A stretch of DNA of 64,000 nucleotides from Planctomycetota bacterium (lineage in GTDB: Bacteria > Planctomycetota > B15-G4), in assembly GCA_965248575.1 (NCBI GenBank), contig CBDFJQ010000002.1, positions 384,001-448,000 of the forward strand, read 5' to 3'. The position numbers and the translations under genes were made by a program. The stretch's first letter is position 1. Each line of letters opens with the position of its first letter. The notes under the pieces were generated by a model. It was given only the letters and a program-made list of their open reading frames with translations. It did no database searches and was not told the origin of the DNA. Positions 46,505 through 56,913 of the stretch are shown here, in pieces.

Positions 46505-47565
46505 GCTCAGCGTCCGCAGGGGAACGACCGATCGGGGTGGGCGTCGTGGGTTTGGGCGTGATGGGTGCCCAGCACATCGAGTCCTATCGTGTTGCCCAGC
46601 TCACAGGCGCCGCGAACCAGCTGGTGGCTGTCTGCGACGCCGACGCGCAACGCCGCGCTGGCATCCGGCCCGTGGATGGTGAGCACGCAGTCTCTGGTGA
46701 CGCCACGGAGCGTTTCTTCGATCCGGGCCTTGTCCAGGCCTATGAATCACCTACGGAGCTCTTTGCCGACGATGCCGTGGAGCTCGTCAGCGTCTGCACC
46801 TACACCGACAGCCATGTCCCCTTGGCCCTCGAGGCCCTGGCTGCTGGCAAGCATGTGCTGCTCGAGAAACCAGTGGCCCTCACGCCTGAGGAGGTCCAGG
46901 TGCTGGTGGATGCCGCTGCAGCTGTTCCCGGGCAACTCTGCATGCCCGCCATGTGCATGCGGTTCTGGCCTGGGTGGCGTTGGTTGGCGGAGGTCGTCCA
47001 GGACGGGAGCCTCGGGGCTGTGCGCCGCGCGAGTTTCCGGCGCCTTTCGGCGGCCCCGCACTGGGGGCAGGACTTCTACGAGGACCCGACTCGTAGCGGC
47101 GGAGCGCTCGTCGACCTACACGTCCACGATGCGGACTTCGTGCGCTGGTGCTTCGGTGTGCCCTCGGCGGTGGAGACCACCGGCAGTCTGGCTCAAATCA
47201 AGACGCGCTACCTGTTTGCTGACGGTCGCGCGGACGTGATGGCGGAAGGCTTCTGGGACCGGGACCCGAGCACGGCCTTCTTCATGGGTTACCGGGTGGA
47301 GTTCGAGGTGGCGACCGCCGACTTTGCTTTCGGTCGGGAGCCTGCCTTGCGGGTCGAACGCCGGGGAGAGCCCGTTGAGCCTGTGGCCCTCGCGGACGGC
47401 AATGGCTACGACGGCGAGATCTCCCACGTGCTGCGCGCGATCCACGCGCTCAAGGCAGGTACGACCGTGCCCCTGGACGCTCGCCTCGAGGAGGCGATAG
47501 GCCTCCAGGCGATGCTGGCCGCGGAGCGTCTCAGTCTCGAGAGCGGTGCCGTCGTCGCGCTCTAG
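46501..47565 (+). CDS. Gfo/Idh/MocA oxidoreductase
   Basis: VGLGVMG, HVLLEKP, GGALVDLHVHD. Confidence 0.9.
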   Translation: MSSASAGERPIGVGVVGLGVMGAQHIESYRVAQLTGAANQLVAVCDADAQRRAGIRPVDGEHAVSGDATERFFDPGLVQAYESPTELFADDAVELVSVCTYTDSHVPLALEALAAGKHVLLEKPVALTPEEVQVLVDAAAAVPGQLCMPAMCMRFWPGWRWLAEVVQDGSLGAVRRASFRRLSAAPHWGQDFYEDPTRSGGALVDLHVHDADFVRWCFGVPSAVETTGSLAQIKTRYLFADGRADVMAEGFWDRDPSTAFFMGYRVEFEVATADFAFGREPALRVERRGEPVEPVALADGNGYDGEISHVLRAIHALKAGTTVPLDARLEEAIGLQAMLAAERLSLESGAVVAL

Positions 47566-48857
47566 ATAAGCCGGGTGCGCCCGGGGATCGGCACCACGAG
47601 TTTCGGCGCGTCGGCATTCATGGCGTAGATCTCGGGCCCCAGGTGTTCCTTGCTCGCCATGGCCTGTTCCCAGGTGACGGTCTGGCCGGTGTAGGCCGCC
47701 AGGCGTCCCATGACCGACAACATGGTGCTCGTGGTCATCCAGCTGCCGTCATTGACGGGGCTCCCAGCCCGAATTGCTGCGAACATCTCGTCGTGCTCGG
47801 TCTGATACATGTCGTTGCCGGGGGCCTCGCTCTCCCACTCCTGCTCCCCTTCGATCAGGAACAGCCCTGCCCAAGGCTTCGCCGTGGCGCGGCCCTTGGT
47901 GCCGTACACGAAGTCGCTGTTGTCGGTAGAACAGTTGGCCATCTGGCGCGACATGTGGAAGCCGCGCGCGCCCTCGGCGTAGTCGTAGGTCACGGAAAAG
48001 TGGTCGAAGATGTCGCCCTGCTCTTCGCCAAATCGTGCCTGCCTGCCACCGACCGCCGTGCACGAGAGGGGCGTCTTGTCGCCGAACGTCCAGGCCATCT
48101 TGTCCAGGCTGTGGCAGGCCTGTTCCACCAGGCTGTCGCCGCCGAGCCAGTTCATGTGTTGCCAGTTGCGCAGCTGGAACTCCATCTCGGTCCAGTCTGC
48201 CTGACGTGGGCGCGTGCCGAGCGGCGAGGCGTTGTAGGTGCTGTACACCGACTGAACGTCTCCCAGCCCTCCTTCGAGGATGCGCTCGTAGAGTGAGCGA
48301 TACTTGTAGTGCTTGCGCCAGCAGAAGCCCGAGACCAGCGAGAGCTTCTTCTGCTTCGCGATGCGTGCCGACTCCATGACCGAACGCACGCCGGGGGCAT
48401 CGACCGCCATGGGCTTCTCACAGAACACGTGCTTGCCGGCCTCCAGGGCGGCGCGGATGTGCGCCGGGCGGAAGTGAGGGGGCGTGGTCAGCACGACGAC
48501 GTCCACGCCGCTGTCGATGACCTGCTGAAACGCGTCAAAGCCGACGAAGCGTCGCTCTTCGGGGACATCCATGCGTGCTTCCGCTGTGCTCCCCAGGGAA
48601 TTCAGCAGGTGGCCGTGGCTGCTGTCCAGGCGGTCGGCGAAGACATCGCCCATGGCCGTGAGCTGGACCGTGCCGGCTTCGGCATTCAGTGCCTGGTAGG
48701 CAGCGCCCGTTCCGCGCCCTCCGCAACCGATCAAGCCGACCTTGAGCACGTCGGGGTCAGCGCTGCCGGGGACGGCGCCCAGGAGCGGGCGGGGCAGGGC
48801 CAGGGCGAAGGGAGCCGCTGCTGCGGCGCCCTTGAGGAAGCGACGGCGAGTCGTCAT
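47562..48857 (-). CDS. Tat-exported Gfo/Idh/MocA oxidoreductase
   Basis: RRRFLK twin-arginine signal, GCGGRG, HVFCEKP, EQACHSLD. Confidence 0.92.
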   Translation of the reverse strand: MTTRRRFLKGAAAAAPFALALPRPLLGAVPGSADPDVLKVGLIGCGGRGTGAAYQALNAEAGTVQLTAMGDVFADRLDSSHGHLLNSLGSTAEARMDVPEERRFVGFDAFQQVIDSGVDVVVLTTPPHFRPAHIRAALEAGKHVFCEKPMAVDAPGVRSVMESARIAKQKKLSLVSGFCWRKHYKYRSLYERILEGGLGDVQSVYSTYNASPLGTRPRQADWTEMEFQLRNWQHMNWLGGDSLVEQACHSLDKMAWTFGDKTPLSCTAVGGRQARFGEEQGDIFDHFSVTYDYAEGARGFHMSRQMANCSTDNSDFVYGTKGRATAKPWAGLFLIEGEQEWESEAPGNDMYQTEHDEMFAAIRAGSPVNDGSWMTTSTMLSVMGRLAAYTGQTVTWEQAMASKEHLGPEIYAMNADAPKLVVPIPGRTRLI

Positions 48858-48927
48858 GGCAGGCGTCCTTGGAAGGCATGAAGGGCTGCGAGTCTAGCAG
48901 CTCAGCGCGGAGGCCTGTGGGCTGGGT

Positions 48928-50022
48928 TCAGCGCGCATCGGCGTCCGACGTCACGATCCGGAACCCGGCGAAGTCAGCATCTGCGAGCCACCACTTGCTC
49001 TTGGGGATCTGGGGGTCCGTGGCATTCCAGCTTGGGTCCGGTCGCTGAAGGTGGCCGGCGTGCACATCCTGCGCTTTGTCGCGGAAGCTGCCGCCGCGCA
49101 GGACGGCCGTCCCATCGGGGTCGACGCACCACTCCGCCGCATTCCCCAGCATGTCGTAGAGCCCTGCGGGGTTGGGCTTGAGGCTACCGACGGCGTGGGT
49201 CTTGCGATCGGCGGTCTGGCGCACCCAGGCGTAGGGGCTGAGTCCTTTGCGGCTGCTGTCGATCCATGAGCCTGGGACTGATGCTGGGGCGGGGGCTGAA
49301 CCGCTGTCGGGGGCGGGGTCGTCCCCCGCGGACTCGCCAGCGGTGTGGGGGGGGCCGGTAGCGGCGTCGCTGGCCAGGCAGGCCGCCTCCCATTCGGCCT
49401 GCGTGGGCAAGCGGTAGCGGCGACCGCTCTTGGCCGAGAGCCACTCGCAAAACGCGCTTGCCGAGGTGTGATTGACGGAGATGGCGGGATAGCCGCTATG
49501 CCCATAGCCGCGGTCGGCCAGGACGAAAGCGGCGCTGGGTCGGATCACTGCGTCGAGCTCGTCGGGAACCTGGGGGTCGGCCTTGTCGAGCCGGTACAGA
49601 AAGGCGTCGAAGGCATCCCATGTGACCTCGTGTGCGCTGAACCACAGCGTCGCGTGCTTTGGGTCGTCGGGTGTCGGCTGCGATCCGTCAGAGCCCTGCC
49701 CGGAAGCCTCTGCGGAAGCCTCTGCGGAAGAGGGGTCTGAGGTGATTTCCTCAAGAAAGGCCGGAACGCGCACAGGCACCATGTCGAAGCTCAGGCTCGT
49801 GCCGGATATCCTCTGCGAGAACGATTTGGCTGAAGCCGGTGACGAAGCACCGTGCACACCTATGGTCGGGTTTGGCTGAGCCGAGCCGGAGACCGGTGCG
49901 CTGTCTTGAGCCGCCGCCGACGCAGAGCCCGAGGACACAGCGATGACCACAGCAAGGACAGCGAGCAGGATGCGTGCAGGCTGCGCGGGGCTGAAGAGTG
50001 TGCGCATGGTGGGGATGCTCAT
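48928..50022 (-). CDS. Secreted FGE-sulfatase (SUMF1/EgtB/PvdO-like) domain protein
   Basis: Signal peptide, HEVTW, YRLPTQAEWE, PNPAGLYDMLGNAAEW, RGGSF, GFRIV. Lacks the FGE catalytic cysteines. Start at 50022 or 50007. Confidence 0.85.
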   Translation of the reverse strand: MSIPTMRTLFSPAQPARILLAVLAVVIAVSSGSASAAAQDSAPVSGSAQPNPTIGVHGASSPASAKSFSQRISGTSLSFDMVPVRVPAFLEEITSDPSSAEASAEASGQGSDGSQPTPDDPKHATLWFSAHEVTWDAFDAFLYRLDKADPQVPDELDAVIRPSAAFVLADRGYGHSGYPAISVNHTSASAFCEWLSAKSGRRYRLPTQAEWEAACLASDAATGPPHTAGESAGDDPAPDSGSAPAPASVPGSWIDSSRKGLSPYAWVRQTADRKTHAVGSLKPNPAGLYDMLGNAAEWCVDPDGTAVLRGGSFRDKAQDVHAGHLQRPDPSWNATDPQIPKSKWWLADADFAGFRIVTSDADAR

Positions 50023-52309
50023 GGTTTGGGTAGGTGTCGCGCTCGCGTCTGTCGCCGGGGCAAGCCCAGCGGCCACGGCTCGGGTCGGGCTGGAGCGCTA
50101 CGAGTATAGGCAGGTTGTCTTCGGGGTCGAGGCGCGGCTCGTGCTGTATGCCACCGACGACAAGACCGCTCTCACCGCGGCCGAGGCGGCCTGGGCGCGC
50201 TTCGAGGAACTCGATGCAGCTCTCAGCGATTGGCGGGTGGACAGTGAGCTCAGCTTGTTGCGCGAAGCACCCGTGGGCGAGCCCCTTCCGATTGGAACCG
50301 ACCTCTTCGCCGTGCTGCAACTGGCCGATGAGCTGCACTCGGCCACGGCCGGGGCCTTTGACGCCAGCGTCGGGCCCTTCGTGAAGCTCTGGCGCGAGGC
50401 ACGTACCCTCAACCGGCTCCCAGCACAGGAGGATCTCGCTGCAGCCGCCGTTGCTGTTGGCTGGGACAAGTTGACGCTCGAGGCTTCGGGCGACGGCGCG
50501 GGCTTCGTTGTGTTGACCGTGCCCGGCATGGCCTTGGATCTAGGGGGCTTGGCCAAGGGTTACGGTGCGCAGCAGGCGCTGCTCGCCATGAGCGCCGTGG
50601 GTGTGAACCGTGCGCTTGTGGAAGTGGGCGGTGATGTCGCCGCCGGCGATGCTCCTCCGGATCGCGACGGCTGGGACACCCTCGCTGGCTGCGGGCCGGG
50701 GCGCGCCGTTCGCGTCAGCCTGACGAACGAGAGCCTCGCGGTGTCCGGGGATACCGAACAGTTTCTCGAAGTCGACGGCCGGCGCTACAGCCATCTCATC
50801 GACCCGCGCACGGGGCTCGCCGTCAGCCAGCGCACTTGCGCTTCGGTGGTCGCCAAGAGCGGGGCCGTGGCCGACGCCTTGGCCTCGGCAGTGCAGGTGA
50901 TCGGTCCGCGGGAGGGGCGTAGCGTGGTGGGACGTGTTGCTGGTGCGCGCGTCGTGTATGCCGAACGCCTGGACCTTCCGGTGGCCCAGCAGTTTCGTGA
51001 CCCGCTCCGGGTCGCCCCGTTGCTGGAGCTGGAGTTCGGAATGCCCCACGGGCAGGCTCGCGAAGCTGGGGAGCGCCCTGCCTGGACCGAAGAAGAGGAA
51101 GTACTCGTGGGCCGCCTCTTTGGAGAGGCCTCGGGGCCAGTGCGCTTCCCAGCGGGGACGAACTGGTCGCTGGAGATGCAGGTCTGGGGCAATGCAGGTG
51201 CAGACTTGCTCGTGCATCCCGATGCCGACCAGCTGGGGAAGGACGCCGTGCGGCTCGGGATCGGTGCCGGCGAGAATCTCAACGCACCTAGCGCTGCAGG
51301 GCGAGGCAACCACTGGGAGGTTCGCTGCACAGGCTTCGACAGGCGCTTCCAGGTCTGGCGAGACGGGGATCTGGTCCAGGATCTGCGCATACCGAGCAGC
51401 AAGACCTCGGCCGGGCATGAGCGCAAGGCTGCCTTCACCATGGTTCGCGCGGAGCTGTCCACCGACGGCGCCGAGGCCGAGGCGCCGGTGGGCATGGTCC
51501 GGGTTCGGGGGTTGAAGCTGCGACGGCTGGAATCGGTGGACGACGAGGGCTTGAGCGTGCTGGGTGGAGGCAAGTTGATCCTGACGGAGGACGCTGAGTT
51601 GCACGGGTGGCGTTCGCTGATCGACCTCGGCATGAGTGAGTGGGAGGAGGATCGAGGCAGCTACGTCTCCGCCCCCCTCGACTACCGGGTGACGGATGGC
51701 GTGTTGCATATCCCCTCCTCGGGAGGCGGGGGCCAGCTGCGGACGAAGCAGGACTTCCAGGACTTCCGGCTGCGCATGGAGTTCAAGCTGGCGCCCGGTG
51801 CGAACAGCGGGCTCTTCCTGCGTGGTGATCGTGCCGGCGGCGACCCGGCCTACAGCGGGTGTGAAGTCCAGATCATCGACGACCACGGCTGGGAAGGGCT
51901 GGCTGGCTTCCCGCTCCAGGAACGTCAGAAGTGCGGCAGCCTCTATGGGGCCGTCGCCGCCCAGGCTCCGGGAGCCCTGCGCCCGACGGGGGAGTGGAAC
52001 ACCTACGAAGTGCTCATGCACGGTCGGCGCATGGCAGTCGCGCTCAACGGTCGCGTGCTCTACGACGTCAACACCCACGAGTTGGAGTGTGAGCCACCGT
52101 TTGCCGATCGCGTGCCCACTGGGTTCATCGGCTTGCAGCGCTACGGCGCCCCCCATGTTCCCGGCGACACGGCCCTCTGGGTGCGCAACATGTTCGTCCG
52201 GGAGTACGGGCAGAAGGGCGACAGCGCGGCGCCCGGCGACGAGAACACGTCTGACGGGGATCCGGGCACAGCCCCGGGCGTCCAAGACGAAGACATTGAA
52301 CAAGGCTGA
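49970..52309 (+). CDS. apbE: FAD:protein FMN transferase (ApbE) fused to DUF1080 domain(s)
   Basis: GAFDASVGP, DLGGLAKGY, GGD, SGD, YSHLIDPRTG, ADALAS; C-terminal DFRLRMEFK...NSGLF...GEWNTYEV...IGLQ. Start uncertain (49970-50021). Confidence 0.85.
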   Translation: MRAGCAGLKSVRMVGMLMVWVGVALASVAGASPAATARVGLERYEYRQVVFGVEARLVLYATDDKTALTAAEAAWARFEELDAALSDWRVDSELSLLREAPVGEPLPIGTDLFAVLQLADELHSATAGAFDASVGPFVKLWREARTLNRLPAQEDLAAAAVAVGWDKLTLEASGDGAGFVVLTVPGMALDLGGLAKGYGAQQALLAMSAVGVNRALVEVGGDVAAGDAPPDRDGWDTLAGCGPGRAVRVSLTNESLAVSGDTEQFLEVDGRRYSHLIDPRTGLAVSQRTCASVVAKSGAVADALASAVQVIGPREGRSVVGRVAGARVVYAERLDLPVAQQFRDPLRVAPLLELEFGMPHGQAREAGERPAWTEEEEVLVGRLFGEASGPVRFPAGTNWSLEMQVWGNAGADLLVHPDADQLGKDAVRLGIGAGENLNAPSAAGRGNHWEVRCTGFDRRFQVWRDGDLVQDLRIPSSKTSAGHERKAAFTMVRAELSTDGAEAEAPVGMVRVRGLKLRRLESVDDEGLSVLGGGKLILTEDAELHGWRSLIDLGMSEWEEDRGSYVSAPLDYRVTDGVLHIPSSGGGGQLRTKQDFQDFRLRMEFKLAPGANSGLFLRGDRAGGDPAYSGCEVQIIDDHGWEGLAGFPLQERQKCGSLYGAVAAQAPGALRPTGEWNTYEVLMHGRRMAVALNGRVLYDVNTHELECEPPFADRVPTGFIGLQRYGAPHVPGDTALWVRNMFVREYGQKGDSAAPGDENTSDGDPGTAPGVQDEDIEQG

Positions 52310-52325
52310 TTCCCAGGAGTTCCCC

Positions 52326-53687
52326 GTGGCCCTTTCTCGTTTCCTGAATCGAGGCACTCTGTGCCCGTCGATGTTGTGGCTCGCCCTTGGTCTCATGTCC
52401 GGCCTCACGAGTTGCGCTAGTGCGTCCGGCGCGCCTGAGTTCGTACCGCTGTTCGATGGGAAGAGTCTCGACGGCTGGGTGAGGGTGAATGGTGGGCCGA
52501 GCACGTTCGTGGCGAAGGACGGCATGATCGTTTGCGATGGCCAGCCCACCTGCGTGCTGCGCACCGAGCGGATGTACGAGAACTTCGTGTTGGAGATGGA
52601 TTATCGGCACATGCAGGCCGGGGGGAACGCCGGCCTCTTCGTCTGGTCTGACCCGCTCCCTGCAGTGGGGGTGCCGTTCACACGCTCCATCGAGGTCCAG
52701 GTGATGGACGGAATCGAGACGGAGAACTACACGAGTCACGGCGACATCTTCTCGATCTGGGGTGCGCGCATGACGCCCGACCGGCCGCACCCTGGGGGAT
52801 GGGAGCGCTGCCTTCCGAGCGAGAAGCGTGCCCGGCCGGCTCCCGAATGGAATCACTATCGCGTGACCTGCGTGGACGGCGACATCCAGCTCGAGGTGAA
52901 CGGCAAGCGAGTCAGCGGCGCGCACGATGTCACGCCCCGGCGAGGCTACATCTGCCTGGAGTCGGAGGGCAGCGAGGTGCACTTCCGGAATCTGAAGATC
53001 CAGGAACTCCCGAACTCAGCGGGTGGCTTGGAGCCCAGCCAGATCGCCCACGATGCAGGAGCCCCAGACGAAGCGTTCCGTTCGCTCTACAGCGGCGTGG
53101 ACCTGTCAGGTTGGAAGGTCGAGCAGGTCCACGAGGGGCATTGGACGCCTCAGGGCTGGCGACTCGACTATGACGGTCAGGGCGACACCCTGTGGAGTGA
53201 GGAGAGCTTCGGTGATTTTGAACTCGTGGCCGATTGGCGTTGGGCAGGTGAAGCCACACCAGGGCCGGTTCCGGTGGTCCATCCGGACGGCACCCAAGCG
53301 CTCGATGCGGACGGCAAGCAGCTCATGGTGGATGTGCCGCACACGGGAGACAGCGGCATCTACCTTCGTGGCAACAGCAAGAGCCAGGTGAACATCTGGG
53401 GTTGGCCCATCGGCTCTGGGGAGGTGTACGGCTACCGCACCGATGGATCGCTCACGGCGGAAGTCCGCCGCGGAGTCACACCTCTCGTGGCCGCAGACGT
53501 AGCCTTCGGGAAGTGGAACCGCTTCCACATCACGATGGTGGGTGATCGGCTGACGGTCGTGCTCAACGGGAAGCTGGTCCTGGACCGCGCTCAGCTGCCT
53601 GGCGTGCCAGCCGAGGGGCCTATCGCCCTCCAGCACCACGGTGCGGCGTTGCAGTTCGCGAACGTGTTCGTGCGCCCGTTGGATTGA
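52326..53687 (+). CDS. Lipoprotein with two DUF1080 (3-keto-disaccharide hydrolase) domains
   Basis: AGGAG RBS, lipobox LTSC, LFDGKSLDGW...ICLESEG, then LYSGVDLSGW...GDSGIYLRG...IALQHHG. Confidence 0.88.
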   Translation: MALSRFLNRGTLCPSMLWLALGLMSGLTSCASASGAPEFVPLFDGKSLDGWVRVNGGPSTFVAKDGMIVCDGQPTCVLRTERMYENFVLEMDYRHMQAGGNAGLFVWSDPLPAVGVPFTRSIEVQVMDGIETENYTSHGDIFSIWGARMTPDRPHPGGWERCLPSEKRARPAPEWNHYRVTCVDGDIQLEVNGKRVSGAHDVTPRRGYICLESEGSEVHFRNLKIQELPNSAGGLEPSQIAHDAGAPDEAFRSLYSGVDLSGWKVEQVHEGHWTPQGWRLDYDGQGDTLWSEESFGDFELVADWRWAGEATPGPVPVVHPDGTQALDADGKQLMVDVPHTGDSGIYLRGNSKSQVNIWGWPIGSGEVYGYRTDGSLTAEVRRGVTPLVAADVAFGKWNRFHITMVGDRLTVVLNGKLVLDRAQLPGVPAEGPIALQHHGAALQFANVFVRPLD

Positions 53688-53714
53688 CGGGCAGCACCGG
53701 GGTCGAGTGTGAAC

Positions 53715-54485
53715 TCAGTCCAGACGCTTCACGCGGATGTTGCGGTACCAAACAGGATCGCCGTGGTCCTGCAGTGCGATGTGCCCGCGCCCGGTCTTGC
53801 CGTACCCCGGCCAGCGCGTGAACTTGCTCTTCGCCAGGAGTGCCTCCCACTCCGGGCTTCCCAGCTGGTACTCCACCACGGGAACACCGTTGAGCCAGTG
53901 CTGTACATGGCCGTCCTGGATGCGCAGGCGCACCGTGTTCCACTCGCCCACGGGCCGGGTGACGTCTTCGGGCGGCGCATGCATGGCGTAGTTCGCCCCA
54001 GCCGAGGTCATGGGGTTGGCGCCGTCGGGGTGCAGGTCATTGTCCAGGACCTGCATCTCCGGGCCGGTCTCATAGACCCCGCCCTTCTCTTCGGAGACGT
54101 GGAAGAAGATGCCGCTGTTGCCGCCGGGGGAGATCTTCCACTGCAGGTGCAGCTCGAAGTCTGCGAACTGCTGCTCGGTGATGACGTCGCCGCCGCCCGC
54201 GCTGCGGGTCAGGGTTCCGTCCTCGACGGTCCAGCCGGCGGGCATCTGTTCGCTTCTGAAGCCTCGCCATCCGCGGGTGGACTCACCGTCGAACAGCAAC
54301 TCGAACCCGTCCGACTGCTCCTGCCCTGAGAGCGTGTTGGGAGCGAGAGCGAGGCCCGTTTCTGCGCACGTGCCGCACACGCTCCGACAGGTGACCTGAA
54401 GCAGGGCGACAGCCAGGCAGAAGCCCAGGGCCTTCAGGAGCTTGGGAGCGGGAGAGCGGGCAGGCAGGATCGGTCGAGAGGTCAC
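53715..54485 (-). CDS. DUF1080 (3-keto-disaccharide hydrolase) protein, exported
   Basis: LLFDG...GW, DFELHLQWK, GNSGIFF, GPEMQVLDN, GEWN, IALQDHG, YRNIRV. GTGA-coupled start. Confidence 0.9.
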   Translation of the reverse strand: MTSRPILPARSPAPKLLKALGFCLAVALLQVTCRSVCGTCAETGLALAPNTLSGQEQSDGFELLFDGESTRGWRGFRSEQMPAGWTVEDGTLTRSAGGGDVITEQQFADFELHLQWKISPGGNSGIFFHVSEEKGGVYETGPEMQVLDNDLHPDGANPMTSAGANYAMHAPPEDVTRPVGEWNTVRLRIQDGHVQHWLNGVPVVEYQLGSPEWEALLAKSKFTRWPGYGKTGRGHIALQDHGDPVWYRNIRVKRLD

Positions 54486-55783
54486 GAGGCGTTCTCCGCG
54501 CGGACTGAACGAGCTGGGTAGAACAAGGACAGCAGAACGAGGCAGGCAAGGCTGGCCCACATGGGGACGCTGAACAAGCGGGTGTAGTCGAGCGTGCCCG
54601 CACTGTCGGTGGCCCAGTCGGCGACATACCCGGCGATCAGGCTGCCGACGATGATTCCGATGCCCACGATGACGAGGTTGAACAGGCTCTGGGCGCTGGC
54701 CCGGACGTCGATGGAGGTCTCTTCATCTACGATCATGAAGGCCACGAAGATGAAGCAGCCGAAGCACAAGCCGTGCAGGGCAACGCCCGCCATGATCACC
54801 GGGATCGACTCTGCGTACGCGAAGATGGCCATGCGCCCGGCATAGGCCAGCAGGCCAATGGACAGCAGGGATTTGCGCGAGACCCGTTTGACGAGCATGG
54901 GGATCAACGCGAGGACGAGGAGCTCGGCCAGCTGGCCGATGGTCATCAAGCCGCCTCCGCCCACGCCGAACACCTGGTTGATGCTCTCCGTCGCGCTAGT
55001 CTGGATGGTGCTGAGGAAGCCAGCGGTGTGCACGAAGTAGAACTGGTGGATACAGCTGACGGGCACTGCGAGCAAGAACAACGTCAGCAGTGGGTTCCGC
55101 CTCACTTCACCCAGGGCCTCGGCGGTGGCGTTCTTGTTCTGCCCTTGCGCTGGCGGTGTGTGCGGAAGAACGAAGCAGAAGAGGCCCATGAGCAGACCGA
55201 GCAAGGCGCTCAGGCGGAAGGCGTCGGAGCGCCCCGCATCCTGGGCGGCAGCGATCAGCTCCGGTGTGCCCTCGGCGGGCGTGTGCTGATGGAGCAGCCA
55301 CTGGCCGATGCCGATCCCCACCACGATCCAGCCCAGGGTCCCCCAGAGACGGATCTTGCCGAAGTCGCGGTCGCGATCGGGGATGTGATGGAAGGCCAGA
55401 CTGTTGGTCAAGGCCAAGGTGGGGGAGTAGACGATGGAGTACGCCAAGGAGAACCACAGGAAGCCCGAGTAGGTCTCGATGGAGCTGAGCTGCCAGACGA
55501 GTGCTGCCCCGAGCAGGTGGCTGATGCCGAGGAAGCGCTCGGTGGCGAACCAGCGATCGGCGATCTGACCCGCAATGAAGGGGGCGAGCAGGGCGCCCAC
55601 CGCGCCGACCGAGAAGATCCAGGCGATCTGGTCTGCCGCGAAGCCCCGGTGTCCTGCCAGGTACGGCCACAGCAGGGGCAGCCAGGCACCCCAGATGGCG
55701 TACTGCAGGAACATCATGAACGAGAGGTTGGCGTAGAGCCCCTTCTCGAGCGGCTCGGCCTCGACTTCAGCGAAAGTGCTCAT
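54482..55783 (-). CDS. MFS transporter, nucleoside:H+ symporter family
   Basis: [44 protein letters not shown]; about 12 TMs. Confidence 0.9.
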   Translation of the reverse strand: MSTFAEVEAEPLEKGLYANLSFMMFLQYAIWGAWLPLLWPYLAGHRGFAADQIAWIFSVGAVGALLAPFIAGQIADRWFATERFLGISHLLGAALVWQLSSIETYSGFLWFSLAYSIVYSPTLALTNSLAFHHIPDRDRDFGKIRLWGTLGWIVVGIGIGQWLLHQHTPAEGTPELIAAAQDAGRSDAFRLSALLGLLMGLFCFVLPHTPPAQGQNKNATAEALGEVRRNPLLTLFLLAVPVSCIHQFYFVHTAGFLSTIQTSATESINQVFGVGGGGLMTIGQLAELLVLALIPMLVKRVSRKSLLSIGLLAYAGRMAIFAYAESIPVIMAGVALHGLCFGCFIFVAFMIVDEETSIDVRASAQSLFNLVIVGIGIIVGSLIAGYVADWATDSAGTLDYTRLFSVPMWASLACLVLLSLFYPARSVRAENAS

Positions 55784-56823
55784 TCGCTGAACGCCGCATC
55801 AAAGGCGACCTCGGATTGGGGGAAGTCCAGGCGCTTCACGAAGGCCGCGGCCTCCGTGGCGCCGTGCTCGCGATTCATCATGGGGTCTTCCCATTCCACG
55901 GAGAGGGGACCTTCGTAGTCGAGATGGTTGAGCAGGCGCACGATGCCTTCAAAGTCGATGCGCCCCCTGCCTGGGCTGCGGAAGTCCCAGAAGCGGCCGT
56001 CAGAGCCGAAGTCCGTGTGCCCGCCGAAGACACCCGCTTCTGCCGGTGAGTCGGACCACCAGACGTCCTTCACGTGAACGTTGAAGAGGCGCGTTCCGAA
56101 TTCCCGCAGGAAGCCCAGGTAGTCCACGCCCTGGTACCCGAAGTGGGAGGGGTCGAAGTTGAACCCGAAGGCGGGGTGTCCGTCCAGCGCCGCCAGCGCC
56201 CGCCGTGTGGACGCGATGTCGAAGGCGATCTCCGTGGGATGCACTTCGAGCGCGAAGCTGACGCCGTGGGCCGCGTAGTCGTCGAGGATGGGTTTCCAGC
56301 GCGCGGCGAAGTCCTGGAAGCCCGCCTCGATAGAGCCTGCCGGAAGCGGGGGGAACGCGTAGGCGGCATCCCAGATGGAGCTTCCCGTGAAGCCTACGAC
56401 GACCGTCCGTCCGGTCCTGGCCAGTCGATCCTTGACGGCCGACGGTGCTGCATCGAAGAAGCGTCGGGCCGCCTGTCCGGTGGCGATCATCTCTTGTGCT
56501 GCCCGCTGTCGGACACCTTCCGGGTCGCCGTCACCCCAGATGGCGGCGGGTAGGATTCCCTTGTGCCGCTCGTCGATCCGGTCGCACACGGCCTGGCCCA
56601 CAAGGTGGTTGCTGACGGCAAAGGAGAGCAGACCATGCTGTTGCAGCAACTCCCAGTGTTGCGCGCAGTAGTCGTCCTCCTGGGTCGCGCGCTGCACATC
56701 GAAGTGGTCGCCCCAGCAGGCAAGCTCCAGGGCGTCGTAGCCAAAGGAAGCGGCCTTCGCGCATAAAGTCTCAAGAGGGAGGTCGGCCCACTGGCCGGTG
56801 AACAGCGATACGGGGCGGGGCAA
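55780..56823 (-). CDS. Sugar phosphate isomerase/epimerase (AP_endonuc_2 TIM barrel)
   Basis: [43 protein letters not shown]. Confidence 0.9.
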   Translation of the reverse strand: MPRPVSLFTGQWADLPLETLCAKAASFGYDALELACWGDHFDVQRATQEDDYCAQHWELLQQHGLLSFAVSNHLVGQAVCDRIDERHKGILPAAIWGDGDPEGVRQRAAQEMIATGQAARRFFDAAPSAVKDRLARTGRTVVVGFTGSSIWDAAYAFPPLPAGSIEAGFQDFAARWKPILDDYAAHGVSFALEVHPTEIAFDIASTRRALAALDGHPAFGFNFDPSHFGYQGVDYLGFLREFGTRLFNVHVKDVWWSDSPAEAGVFGGHTDFGSDGRFWDFRSPGRGRIDFEGIVRLLNHLDYEGPLSVEWEDPMMNREHGATEAAAFVKRLDFPQSEVAFDAAFSE

Positions 56824-56913
56824 GGGCTGTCCTCACGCGGGGCGGAAGGGGGCTCGCGCGACGTCCCACGCGAGGGCGCGCCAGGGTACCAAGCGGCCGG
56901 GCTCGTCGAGCCT

